A DNA stretch of 64,000 bases from Trichoplax adhaerens (GCF_000150275.1 NW_002060944.1:6237102-6301101), one strand, 5' to 3'. Shown: positions 40,947 to 55,074, counted from the stretch's first letter. Numbers and translations: made by a program. The notes: generated from the letters alone by a model not told the origin.

Positions 40947-43900
40947 ATGTCGTACTGTAATAAAACAGGGCTGCTATTGCCTATCTTGGACGAAAGCAAC
41001 TGGAATCAAGGTTTTCGTGGATTTCTCTATTTGGCTGGATTATTATATTCTTTTTTGGGAGTTGCTATCATTGCAGATATTTTTATGTGTGCTATCGAAG
41101 TTATTACTAGTCAAACGCGACGAATTAAAATTTCCGATAAAGATGGCAACATGAAAGAAGTTGAAGTGCGCATTTGGAATGATACAGTAGCCAATTTAAC
41201 CTTAATGGCATTAGGTTCCTCTGCACCAGAGATTTTACTCTCAATTATTGAGATTGTGGGGAATAATTTTAAAGCAGGCGATTTAGGTCCGGGTACAATT
41301 GTTGGTTCAGCCGCTTTTAATCTGTTAGTGATCACGGCAACGTGTATTGTGGCAATTCCTAATCCAGAGGGAAGAAGAATTAAAGGAATTAAAGTTTTCG
41401 CTGTGACAGCAACATTTAGTATATTTGCTTACCTTTGGCTATACATTGTATTAGTTGCTCGTACGAAAAATATTGTCGATTTAACGGAGGCAATTATTAC
41501 CCTATGCTTCTTTTTTGTCTTGGTCTTGATCAGTTATTTCGTTGATCGTAATTTTTTCTGTCCAAGAAAGGCCAGGCGAATCTCCGATACTGAAAATGGA
41601 CATCTTGCTTTTGGTAAGACTTAAATCACTGAATTGCTGTCTACTAATATAGCACGAATTCATCACCCTTGAGTTTTCCATTTGTGATTTATAACGTTAT
41701 TTTATTAAACGCTAAAGTAATAAGATCAATTTCGAAATGAAAAACTTTGCTTTTCCGGTGTGCCCATCCGATATATCCATTTGCAAGCTAATTAGCTACA
41801 CAGAGATTTCCTATTTTCATATGATTAATTAATTAATATTATGAATTCTATCATGTTACTATCACGTTTATATAAATTTTTCTTTAAGGTGTTATCTTCG
41901 ATAGTAATTTGTCTGTAGTTACTAATATTAGGCTAACGAATTCTTATAGAGTTTTCCACTTAGCTTTGATAGCAAAATGGCTATTTCCGATCATAATGCA
42001 AACTAGACTAACAGAATTTCTAATTCATTACGATTATTCTGAGGTAGCATTGTCAAGCATATATTAATCCTGACTCTATTAGTAAATATGTACTCATTTC
42101 AATGATTCAGAAATCAAGCATTTATCAATCCTAGCTATACGACTAGCCCTACTTTATCCACCTTTTAGTAGTTATTTGTTTATCCAGCAATATCTTTAGC
42201 TGCTCCTATTAGACTGAAACTTTTCGAAACTCAGCCTATGATCACTAAAAGTAGGAAATCCTAGCATATTGGGCTGCTATTTCTGGCAAAATCTTTGCAT
42301 AAGTGTTTAAAATGAATCGAACAAACCATTTGTAGTCTGAATTTTTATCTCGTATGTACCCATTCCCAAAATTTATTCCGATTTTTTCAATGGAAATCCT
42401 AAATCTGACGCCATTTCAGTTTATTACAATGTAGACTTGTATTTACATAAAGGCACCCCTATCCTATACGTACCATTAATCATGATATATGTCGTCAATT
42501 AACAGCAGCCATCTAGAGAATCTTATTTTTGCTAAAGATTTCATTTGCAACATTTTAAGTCATTTTAATTGATAAACCTACATCTACTTTGCCTTTTCAC
42601 AACACATTCCATCATATTATACAAGACTATTTTTCTATACTGCGTATATTTTAATTTGTAATGAGATTCCCTTAGTTGTACGGCCCTGATATCGCAATTT
42701 GGCGAGTATGACTTTATTTCAATTACTTATAAACTTAGTTTTAAATAATGTATTAAACATTGATGCTCATAACTGGCATAGGTTCTACACTTTTAGTCCA
42801 GAATGTAAGCTATATAGAGGTTCATTTTTTCACTAGTTAAGACATTAAAACTGGCTATGCTAGTATTGACTTTATCTTGTTCTATCAAAGTTTATCGGCT
42901 ATAAAAACGGGACTGATATTGTCATGTTCAATAGATTTATTTTCCTTTTCAGATATACTCTATTATAACGTAACTTGAGCTAAAATAAGCTTAGTTCTGC
43001 TTACTAGCATTATTGAAAACGGTATCTCTTAATTGACTTTAAGTCTTGGCGTAACTTAAAATGGGTATTAATTATAGTTCACTGAGAATACCACACTAAA
43101 AATTCCTTATTGGGATTTTATTTATTGATAGATGATAGTACTGGTCGCCTTGTGCCTGATAGCTTTGATAAATCTTCGGCAAATTCCTTCTTGAAGGTAA
43201 ATTTGATGACGTTTCTGGATAGTTACGCTGCAGATAAACTTTAAAATTTGATATAAATGGCTTTTGCTTAGGCATCTATGCCTACATAAGCCTACAGTAT
43301 TATACAGCACCTGATACATAGGTAGTATATAAATAAAGAACTAACAATTTCCCATTTTATCTCCCCAATCTTTAATCTTCAAGGCTGTTAAAACTAGAAC
43401 TGATATTACCGCAGAAGAAGCCGCAAAATTAGCTGCTGCCAAGTTACAAGAACAGGAGAAAAAATCTTATATTTGGTATCGTGTCGGAGCGGCTCGTCTG
43501 GTATCTGGATCTAAGCGTGTAACGCCATTATTAGATGCTCGATTGCAGAAGGTACAATGAACTACTTATTTAACTCTTTTATGAGAGTATTTTTGGCAGT
43601 ATACTACACGTTCTAATTACTTTTGACTTATTAAATTCCTATATTCTACAACAACAGATGATAAACTGTAATCTAGACATGGTCGATTAGCTAGTTAATT
43701 TAACTATAGTATTAGGATGATCATGAGTAACGTAGGCTCAGTTAAGAGTACGCAAAGTATGACATTGATGACAGGAGCGTTTAGTTAATACAAATATAAA
43801 GCACATTAGTACTTAAAAGTGATTAAATGCTCTTCATTCCAACTATTTGATCGTTAATACCACTATAAAAGCTACTCTGTCAAACTGTAATAGATACGTT

Positions 43901-46900
43901 CATTTTATGACGATATAAAAGCCAATTCCCTGTCTTGAATGCCATTAGTTTACTTTCGATTACAAAGTTAGCACATAGCGCTTCAGTTTTTTTTTCCAAT
44001 TAATGCGTGATATCGTATTTTAATGTTCCTTAATTCAATAACTTAAAAGATTTTTGACGATATTGAAATGAAGAATAAGAAATTTTCTTCAACTGCCGAT
44101 GTTCGAGACGATCCAGAAAGTAAGATGTGGAAATTATTAGTAGTAATAATGTAGTGCATCAACATTTTCGACCTAAAAATGTAGAGACAATTTATAACGG
44201 GTTTTAGTTATAGATACGGATGTAAATTCAAGATATACGTCTCTCTCTCTATAATAAATTAGTAAAATAGCTTCTAGTTAATACCATGGGAAATATAAAT
44301 AGGGTATTATACAATAACGCAATTATTTCTACAAGATTATCGAACTGGACCAGGTGTTTTTAATTTATTCCTTCTATACAAAGTCATGCTGATTAATGAA
44401 TAGACATACTGATAGTTTGAAGCAATACATCCATTATATTAAATTAAATTAAATCAATCTTTTACTTCATTTTACAACAGTAGTTAACTTAGGATATCAA
44501 ATCTTATTCCTATTGCATTTTAATGGTAAGGAGACTGAATATTAATTATAGTGATTTATAATTGTCCTAGCTACAACACGAACCACTATCGAATTCACTA
44601 CGGCTGCTTGTGCAGTTATGGAAAATGAAAAAATGGTCAAAGTTGGCATTTCAAGAACTGGAAAGCTGAACAACACAATTAAAGTGAGGTAGGTTGATTA
44701 AAGAATATTACATTTTATTTCTAGTAACAATAATAAAATTTCTTATTTAGTCATTTTGATTCTGTATTAAGTATTTGCAACCTTACTCGATGCTCCGTCA
44801 TAGCAATATTCTCAATCAATGAATACTAACACGTAATTTATCACCTATATTTTGCCTTTTACTTGATCTAGTTAATCATAATCGATAATAATTCCTGCTA
44901 AAACTCTTAACTAAAGATTCCATTTCACCCTTTATTACTTTACTGTCTTTTGAATTCAGAGCAATAGCCCATAAAAAGGCTAAGAGCTAATAATTAAGTT
45001 TTATTGTAGACTGGATACCATTTATAAATTTATATATTAAATCTCAGGTATAAATTTTTCACTTCTACCGTTATCAAAATATAATCTGAGCTTCCATCGG
45101 TGCATCTACGAAGATTGATTAGATTCACAATATAAAATTTGACATGAGCATTAAAATTGTATATGCAAATTTGTCGTTTTTACCTATTGCTAAAATTAGT
45201 CCAACCTTTCATCATTACCGGTATATCAAGTAAATTAATCTGACTTATTGTGTAGATTTTGCTACAGGTATTAATAAGATTGTAATACAATACAGGCACA
45301 ATACGACTCCATAACATTAGTCGGTTGGATTCTGATAATATTATCATGATAGTAGTATAAGGTAGATGTAAAACGAGCAACTGAATATAGTATAACCTGA
45401 TTTTAAATTCAATTACAGATACGAAACATTGCCTGGAACTGCAGAACCGGAAAAAGACTATATACCACAAAATGATGTACTCGTATTTGAGCCAAACGAA
45501 AAAATTAAATACGTAACTATTCCAATTGTTGACGACAACGAGTGGGAACCAGATGAAAATTTTTTCATTCAAATATGGCTAGAAGGGTCCTATGATGATG
45601 CCATTATTGGTGAAAAAAATTCGACTGAAATTACAATTATTAATGACGATGGTAAGCCCCTTGCAAGCATAGTATAAAAATCATCATAGAAATCATTTAT
45701 CTCGTGGTTATTTAATTTATATTGCAATATTAAGTGATCAATATCATGTGATTCAATTACGCAGACTGTAATATCTGAGTCATAATGATGGATTTTGATT
45801 TATTTTATTAGAGCCAGGTGAAATTGCCTTTAATAAAGCTAGCTATTTATTTAAAGAAAGTTGCGGTACTGCTAAAGTTGAGATCGTTCGTAAAAATGGT
45901 AGTGATGGAACTATTAGCGTCAATTGGAAAACAATTGACGGCTCGGCTATCAATGGCAAAGATTATCGAGGTGGTACCGGTAAAATCGAATTTCAGCATG
46001 GTGAAATGAGTAAATTAATCGAGATTCCTCTGATTGATGATGACATTTTTGAAAATGATGAAACCTTCCATATTGAATTATTCGATCCAAATGGTGGTGC
46101 AAAATTAGGTTCACGTACTAGAACAGCCTTAACTATTGTTAATGATGACGGTAAATAGAATAGGACGGATAAAGTATTTTAAAATAGTGCAATCGGTTTT
46201 TCCCATTGACATAGTTCAATATAACATTGATCAGCTGTATGATATTTAGCTATAGAGTGATACCTTGGTCGCCTATCTTATTATGGTATTATCTTTTTCA
46301 ATCTATTTTATTAGTATATAATTCATTGCTGGATAAAGTTGTGGCGCTAACGCGTATTAATGTCCATCGTTTGAAACTGGGCTCTCAAAGTTGGGGAGAA
46401 CAATTCACTAATGCAATGACTGTTAATGGTGGTGATGTTGAGAATGCAACAGGAATGGATTATTTCTTGCATTTCCTAACGTTTGGATGGAAGGTAATTC
46501 AAAATAAGTTAATTGACGAATAAGAATGATCAATCATAACTATTGCATACTACTATAAAATGAATTTATTAAGTTATATTGGAACCCATTCCCATAAAAC
46601 TATTTTTTAGTCGAGATATTTTTATATTTAAAATATGGTTATTTTTAATTTCTTACCAATAGGTTATCTTTGCCATCATACCACCACCTTCGATGCTAGG
46701 TGGTTGGCTTACTTTCATCGCATCGCTTGGCATGATCGGATTTTTAACTGCTATTGTTGGTGATTTAGCAGGCATATTTGGCTGTATTGTTGGTTTAAGA
46801 GATGCAGTTACTGCCATTACATTTGTTGCATTAGGCACAAGTTTACCCGATTTGTTTGCTAGCAAAACAGCTGCTTTGAATGAAAAATATGCCGATAATT

Positions 46901-47380
46901 CTATTGGTAATGTTACTGGTAGTAATTCGGTCAATGTCTTCCTTGGTTTAGGATTACCATGGCTCATTGCTACTATCTATTGGAATTCACAGGTATATCA
47001 TAACGTTAGTGTTATTAAATGATACAAAATTAACTTAGAATAGTACCTTTTCTCCTAGATGAGTGTTTTAAATTATTTTGTGATTTTATATTTCTTAACG
47101 TTGTTATTTTTCTTGCCTTTGGCTAATTTAGAATAAGGAATTCGCTGTTCCTGCTGGTAATCTTGCTTCGAGTGTCATTTTATTTACCATCTGTGCTGTC
47201 ATTTGTATTGCTCTTCTAATGTTAAGAAGAATAATTCCATCCTTTGGGGGTAGCGAATTAGGCGGTCCAACCAAATCTAAATACATTTCTGGCCTCCTTT
47301 TGGTTACATTGTGGATAGTCTATGTTGTCATATCATCATTACAAGTCTATCGCATTATTCCGCCCATAGTCAAAACCTAA
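40947..47380 (+). CDS. Sodium/calcium exchanger (SLC8/NCX family) with two Calx-beta domains, multi-exon
   Basis: Alpha-1 repeat [23 protein letters not shown] and [14 protein letters not shown]; Calx-beta motifs [15 protein letters not shown] and [15 protein letters not shown]; WGEQF; alpha-2 repeat [17 protein letters not shown] and [20 protein letters not shown]; GGSELGGP in the last exon (47132-47380, TAA). Not assignable to one vertebrate paralogue. Confidence 0.95.
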
Positions 47381-48756
47381 AATCCATTTCGATTACCATC
47401 TTGAATTTCCACGGATAATTTATATTGTTTATATCATCAGTGCAAATCTATAAGATTATTTCGACTGTATGACTTAATTGTCGACATTTATTGAAGAAAA
47501 CTTCTACAAAGGTCGATTCTAGCTACCATTTACAATTTCTTATAATCAAGTAATTGCAATCGGTTAGGTCGATAAAATAAGAGGATACATATTTCTTCCT
47601 TTAATGGTATAATAGAGTGGGACTATATTATGAAGTTGGTATATCGGAGTTTACAACTTTCACTCCTTTCCATTTTACCGATTAATATTTATGTTTACTA
47701 TTATATAAATATATAAAAATACAGTCACATTCTGGCCAACATAGGAGATAGCTAATTTGTATTAGTTAAGTTTTCTACCATTCTATGTCATATTAAAATG
47801 ATCGGATAAGTTGCTCCTATTAATTTATTGTTCAGCTATAAATTTCGGTAAAAGTTATTTAAATGTTTGACGTAATCATTAGTAGTTTTTTTAACAATAT
47901 TAATAACTGCTATTGATTAATTCTACGACATAAATCTTGATTAATATTGAACGTAGTAGATTAACCGATCATTATAAATTGATTAATAATGAATATATAA
48001 TTGTAATTAATGGAGATAATTATCTATAGAGCAGGCAAGAACTAGCCGATGTTTGATCCTTGCTTCAGGTAGTTAATTCGTGCTCCTAACTTATTGGACG
48101 ATACCCACTACGTAGTTATTATATGAACTACGACGGGCAATATTAACTGTAATGAACATTATTCCACGTTTACTGCTTCTCTTCCACTTGCCATTTTATT
48201 GGATAAGAATGTAATATACCGTAAATCAATTTGTTTAATATCGGTTTTAATTATCATAAGTATTGATCAAACTATGTCATCATTATTCTGTAGACTATAC
48301 ATATATATTACAATTTTTGATTTTAATATTTTATCGCACATGTAGTACTCTTAACGTTATGTGTCTACTTAACCCAACTGAATGAGTTGAATTTGCTGTA
48401 TTCTAATTAAGCTCAATCTTAGGAATAGGATTGACTATTCTAGCCATTAGTATCATCATGATTTTAATTATTATTATTGTTAATATTACTATTATCAATA
48501 TCAATATGATCATAATTTCCTATCATTGTGTTGTTAAGTAATGTTTACTAATTTAATCCGGTACTATTTTGTTAGTTTCTTAATCAATGATTTTCTAGAT
48601 ATTTACTTTGAGCTAGCACTGTTTTCTAGTTTACAATCATATTCCTGTTGTTGTTGATCAGTTCATCTATTATGTATCATCCGCAAAGCGATAAATTTTA
48701 TAGATAACTGAAATTCGGTATCGCGTTTTCGCAATGTTATTGACTGCTAACTGCAA

Positions 48757-49110
48757 GAGTCGAGATTTTCATAATATAAAATTTTTAGATTACTGGATAC
48801 AATAATTGTACCAAAGATACTGTAATTGAAAGGTGATTGGATATCGCATGTTTCACATAGATTAGATCAAGCCATCCAGGTAAAACAATTGTTGTAGTTA
48901 GCAAATCCACTTGTACTGCAGCTCTTTTTTAAACTATTTCAAAGGATTTGAGTCGAGATCGTTCATAGCATAGAGTCTTTAGATTACAGGACGCAATAGT
49001 TTAGGATATGGGTAAAGTAAGTACAATGATCTGATGGACATAGAACTACTCAGATTGAATGAAATCATGATGGAAAAGTAATGATTGCTTACGTATTTAG
49101 CAAATCCATG
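48757..49110. repeat. Old direct duplication, period about 193-200 bp
   Basis: GAGTCGAGAT..TTCATA..TTTAGATTAC.GGA at 48757 and 48950; TTAGCAAATCCA twice. Confidence 0.6.
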
Positions 49111-49657
49111 GTGGTATGCTGTTGCTATTCTGTACCCAACTGTTAAAAGGATTGACTAAAATTAGCTATAGTCCCTTTTCAGTAGTGTTAGTTCAGCACT
49201 GGGGCATGGATTAGATTATTCTTAACATTAGTAATCCGTGTTTAGAGTCTTTAAATCCTTTAAAGAAAAGGATCAAGGAAACTTCTGCAGTAGCGGTGCA
49301 TTGCACTGATACAAGTTTCTTCGCGCAGTACAGTACATCAGGTCCTCTTTTCTTACCTCTATGGCCCACATAGACGCTAGGGGTAAGAGAAGAGCTATTC
49401 TCTGGTCACTAAACAACTAAATAGATCATGATATACAATATTTTGAGTAGTTTACGGTTGGGCTTTTGGTTCTCCATGATGCTGACTACATACAGATGGA
49501 CAGTCACTGTATTAAGGACAGACCAGGAAGGCTAAGCTGGTTTATACTATGCATAGTATGCATACTCATTCAGTTCATCTGGAATATATTGTACTCCTCT
49601 ACAGAATATCGTCTATTAGGATCCTTTACGCATGCGTTCAGGTTGCAGTTTGAAAGC

Positions 49658-51842
49658 ATGGCTAGCTCTTTGCCAGCAAGATTATTCTCCTGTTCTACCA
49701 AATCTTTCAATAAAACTCATTTTTCCTCTCTATTAAAATGGATAACATATCAACGGTCTTGGCTATGTACTAGGTAAGTGATAAATTTTTATCTAAATTA
49801 GTTACGGCATTGGTTAATTTTCCAATATCCATTTATCCTTGGTCCAATAGTAGCTTGATCTTGCAAAAGAGTTCAAACCTACTTGCAAGTAACCAACAGG
49901 ATCCGTTGCAACAATCTGCAGCAGCCGCTGATCTATCTGAACAGTTAGCTCAACTTGATGATTCAGTGGATAAGTAAATTGATATGTTGTACTATAGATT
50001 AATGTATCTGCTTCTATCTACCATAATGCAATTTCTAGTGCAGGTATATTAACCGATTGGATCCTATTATATCCATTTCAATTTAGCCAAATAGCACAAA
50101 CTGAATCAGATTCCAATGCAGAAAATCCGGAGAGCCAACTAGCAACGAGAAAGCCTAAAGCTGCTGATTCTCAAACTGGACCTACTGCAGTCAATGACCC
50201 TGTCGCTCAGTAAGTTATAATAATGTACAGAATTGTTGTACATCAGTTATCAACGTCACCCGATCCAGTTGATACTGATAGATGAAAAGTCTAATTGGTA
50301 ACGCTGTGATCCAATACTGTAACGCAGTAAAATTGATCTCCATTTAATACTTATAAGTATACTACTGTAGTACCTCGATGGATATAGTTCGAACTACTTT
50401 CAATCTCTACACTGTTTATTCAGAGCTAATGTTATTGTATGTCTGTTAACATTTTAATAGCAAATTTGTAAATTGTATGATGTATGATGGAAAGAAATCA
50501 TTATCAAGGCGGATATTCAATGAGGTAGCTATCATAAATATCCCATTATAAATTAGCCTAATTTTATATCAGTCAAAGTAACTTCTTTGAATTATCAATG
50601 TTTTTCTAGGCGCTAGAAATGGTAAAAAAATCTCAGATTGAAAAGTACGTTTACCTTCTCTATTAGCCATTAACTGGTAGCATTAGTAGCACATAATTTA
50701 ATGATTATTTGTAATCTTTTAATTTTCACAATACGTTGTTTAAATTAATTAAAGAGCAATCGATCCTTATATTTATATTTACAGTACACCAATGGAAATC
50801 TTACTGCTATTAATTCTTTTACGAATATAGTTTGCTTTTGTAAACTGAGCAATATAAAACTGCTTGCAATTGACAATCAAAGTAAATTTCCCAAAGTCTA
50901 TAATGTCAATAAATTTCCATATCACAAAGAGGGCAACGTGTTTGACGTAATGTCGTAATATTGATGAGAGAAACAGTACATTGCGCTATCATGCCTAACG
51001 TATTTTGTTTTATATACATTATTTTTTTTATTTTAATTGGGTATTTATATTTAAAAATCTTACAATATCCGATGCTGTAACTGTTAGGTATGGTTCAAAT
51101 CCTGACGACTCAAATATTGTGATGAACCCTATGAAAATCTTTCATGGAGCAATTGATAACGCCAAACCAATTATTGGAGTACAAACCATCAAACGTGGTG
51201 GAAAATCTTACCAAGTACAGCATAATCGAAGATATGATCACCTCACTTAGGAATTCATTGCTTTAATTAAATAAATACGATTTAGAATCAGATAGAACTA
51301 AATACAGTATTGCATGCCAAATGATAAGGTGTTACGTCGTAAAAATACAGTATATTGTATTGAGCTGTGCTCTTGTCCAACTTTAGGTACCAATACCATT
51401 GAAGGAGAGACGTCGATATTTTTTAGCAATTAAGTGGTTTATTACTATAGCAAGGTCAGGAAAGGAAAACGGGATGTCAAAAAAGCTAGCCAAAGAATTT
51501 TTAAACGCCTACAATAATGAGGTATATACTCGTATGTTTATAATTGATATTATTTGCACTTGAAGAACATACAAATACGTTATTAGATGGGATCGTTCAA
51601 TGCTTACCCCGATCTTGCATACCTAGAATATATAATATCTTCTATGCATTGAGTATGCGTACTCTTGCTTCAATGAAAATTATTCTTTTAATGTGGTGCA
51701 ATATTGTTTTAACTGAGCTAAGCTGAATTAGTCGTAATACTTATGGATTTACATTATTTAGGGAGCAGTAGTAAAAAAGAAGATAGAATTACATAAAATC
51801 GCGGAATCAAATAGAGCTTATGCGCATTATCGATGGTGGTAG
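49658..51842 (+). CDS. MRPS7: Mitochondrial small-subunit ribosomal protein uS7m, multi-exon
   Basis: ATG 49658 starts a Ser/Arg/Lys-rich, acid-poor presequence. Exons encode KFVNCMMYDGKKSLSRRIF, IFHGAIDNAKPIIG, IKRGGKSYQVPIPL, RRYFLAIKWFI, and the typical end ELHKIAESNRAYAHYRWW-stop (TAG 51840-51842). Confidence 0.94.
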
Positions 51843-52687
51843 CTCTCTCTTGCCGAATACAAACCGATAGCTAAAGTGTATATCTAATAATTTGATACAG
51901 ACGGACATCTGTTGTAAATACTTATTTATTGTAAATTAAAGCTGATGATATTTTTAATTTGTCAATTAATTGCAAGTTAGTCTCTATCTTGCCTTAATAA
52001 CATCACCTAGTTATCGGTAAAAGTAGATATTGTGTGGCAGACAATGATTTTGGGATAACTTAAATAGCTAGTATAACATGATATCCATTTCTTAGCGATG
52101 TACATCTAACTTAAATAGATACCAAATTTTTAGTTGCTAGTCTCGATAGCAGCTTTAAACACTTACACTAGTGCCAAATGCCAAAAGGAAAATTACAATT
52201 CATATTTCAACAACATGTAACGGTTTTACTTCCAATATTGCAAATGCACGCATATATAGTAAGAGCTAGTTTTACTGGCCTTCGAGCGATTACATATAAC
52301 TGGATTTTTTGAAGAATCCTAATTGTCATAGACATTTTGGATAAACCGTACAAACCTAATTAAAGCTTAAAGTTGCTAATATGAAGGTCGTCTTTTCAAG
52401 AACTAAATTTTTGCTGATTAGCATGAACTATATTGTAACATTGAAAATATAAATCAACGACAGTTAATATCCCTTTTCGAAACTGATAATAATATACCTA
52501 CGTACAGTGCATGTATCACTCAGGATCAAATATTCGTAAATATGCTGGTAAACATACGAGTATGTAGTTATAGAACGCTTAGCATTAACCAAGGACGATT
52601 AAATAAGGTACACGTCTAATGATAACATTAGTAAAGAAATACTCGCGGTATAGCCTATTGTAATCATTAGCGGTAGAATATCCAAAT

Positions 52688-54398
52688 TTATACTATCAAA
52701 CAAATTAATAATGCAAATGTTAACAATAACGTTTTATGCACGAATGATGTAACTGCAGATGAGACATAACCCATATTGGCAGGAATCGTTGTTGTTGGTG
52801 CTGTTGCATTAGGAAACGCTGAGCATTTGATACTACCCTTGGTAAATTGTAGTATGGACGAAGGCACACTAAAAATGGAAATAAAATCGCGTATGTTTAA
52901 TTTCAAAGCTATAAAATAGTCAATTTTTTTTATATAGACGTATATTATTACGGATAATATCGGAATACATGCTTTACATAAATCTATTCTTTAAGTTATA
53001 CTCAGATCAAGAAACAAAGGCTTAGAAACGATTAATTTCAAATATTTATACTGTAAGTGTGGCCATAAAATCATTTTTAATCTACAAAATTAGTATTTAG
53101 CCTTAGTTTAATTCCTAACTTTCTTACCATGTTAGTGCTTTTTGGCAGTTTTGCTGATTTCCAGCACTCAAGAGTTCAGTACGATCGGCAGAACAGAAAG
53201 GAATTTCATGGCATCCATAACTAAGCACTTTCTTAATGCAACTTTCCGATGCACCATTGGATCTCAAAGTATCAGGAACGTGTATGGCAATGACTTGAAG
53301 TTGACTTCTGTCATCATTAAACCATTCTGGAATGGTTAAATCTTTCGGCCTAGGTGGACAATCATTGCCATGAAAGTGAAGAGCTGACGTGGGCTTAATA
53401 CACGCACTTAGATTATAAACTGATTTCGGCTCTGATGGCCGATGATAAGTACATTCTGCGGGAACATTAGAAGTATTGGAACATTCGCTGCGAAATTGAG
53501 CGCATAAATTGGAAATATTGACATAAGTCAGAGTTGTTCTATCACTTGAACATTGCGGAAATGTTGCATTGCATTTAATTTGCTTGAAATAATTGGCGCA
53601 CTTAATACCAGATTGCAATTCAACCTGACTGTGTGTAAAGATTGAACCCAATACTAACGCTTCTTTCTCACTTAATGTAAGAGTGGGAGTGAAAAATCTG
53701 TCCCACAATAATTTCCTACAGCTGCACTAGGGCTTGAGCACGAATTTAATTTACTNNNNNNNNNNNNNNNNNNNNNNNNNNNNNNNNNNNNNNNNNNNNN
53801 NNNNNNNNNNNNNNNNNNNNNNNTATTTTGTTGTTGATTCGATTATTCATTATCTTGTAACATGCGAATTGATTTATCGGTTCATAAATTATGGATACGA
53901 GAATATCACTTTCACTGTACGATACTCAATTGTATACAAATTATTAATTTTGTTTAATTCTAATTTACAAGTTCAACTTTAAATTGGTTGTAATTAAAGA
54001 AAATAGGCAATGACAAGTTATGACTATTTAAATATATTCTGACAGCATAGCTACTGTCGCAAGATGCTCTCAGTAGACATGCATGTACTTGGGCCGTATA
54101 TGAAAAAGTAATGCTTTTACACTGTCATCTTTCATAGTATATATTAATCCAGAAAGGCTAATCTGCTGTACTCGTGTGATTATTGCCTAAAGACTTTCTA
54201 TCTACACACTGATGTCTAAATGCCTCCTAAGTACGCGTATGTTGATCGTAGACTGAATTTTATCCCATACTCGATGACAATTGAAAATGAGTTTTAATCT
54301 ATGCATTTAAATACCTGTTCATAATCTTGATGCAAAGCATTTGTTAATGCAAAAATGGAGAAGATTAGGGCCAGTATTATCTTCATAAAGCTCTTCAT
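52688..54398 (-). CDS. Secreted, probably GPI-anchored Cys-rich protein with two tandem Frizzled-CRD-like domains (about 287 aa, 3 coding exons)
   Basis: Exons 54398-54315 (MKSFMKIILALIFSIFALTNA signal peptide), 53726-53128 and 52868-52688 join in frame with GT-AG ends (84+599+181=864 nt). Two 8-Cys repeats, Thr/Pro linker, terminal hydrophobic tail LLLTFALLICLIV-stop. A gap lies in intron 1 and could hide a small exon. Confidence 0.8.
53756..53823. other. Assembly gap (in intron 1 of the CRD-like gene)
   Basis: Run of N. Confidence 1.
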
Positions 54399-55049
54399 CT
54401 GTCTTGTTGGCTATTTGCTTATTTAATTTGGAAGGAATGTGTAACAATTAAGTAATTTAATGTGGTCCATAATGAAAATAGAAGTTAGTATTGATTATAG
54501 TCATTATCCATTCTGTATACTACGCCAGCTGGGCTTAATCTCCCGGTCAATTATCATGAATAACTAGTTTACTTGGTGAACGTTCCCAATTCCGATACAC
54601 TAACGTAAAAATCTTAGCTATCAAAAGATGTTGAAGCTAACCGATATTATGGAATTTTAAGGCATTAATTAATGTACTGTATAGCTTATTTAATATCCTC
54701 TATAAATCGATCGAGTGGTTGATCGTATATCAGTCTACAGTATTGTCAAGTAATCCAATAAATAACGATTCACTTGATTTGTATACAACTTTATTTATGA
54801 TTCCACGAATGATGGGGGGAAAAAATAGAATAATTCGTTTGATTTATAATTTACTTTCATTTACCTGCGAGTTCTCTGGTCGATAAGTGGTTCTATCGTT
54901 TGTTAGCACATTGAAAATGGTTATCCTAATTGCCTGTGTCAACGTCTCCTATCAACCTAATCAGGAAGTTTTTTTTTTGGCTATGCCTCTATAGCAGCAG
55001 TGAGCCTTTCGCTGGAACTTCCCAAACGGAATCGTTCGTGATCTATGGT

Positions 55050-55063
55050 GGTGCTATGGCAAC
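55050..55063 (-). promoter_or_regulatory. RFX X-box candidate upstream of the CRD-like gene
   Basis: GTTGCCATAGCACC on the minus strand, one mismatch from GTTGCCATAGCAAC, about 190 bp upstream of a minus-strand CAG|GTAAAT donor at 54864. Confidence 0.45.
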
Positions 55064-55074
55064 GCCGTTCCCTA

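Noticed and set aside
41111-46967. Antisense ORFs over NCX exons (41111-41335, 45180-45572, 46653-46967) and similar ones over BTAF1 and PDE exons
   Set aside because: Shadow frames of real coding exons.
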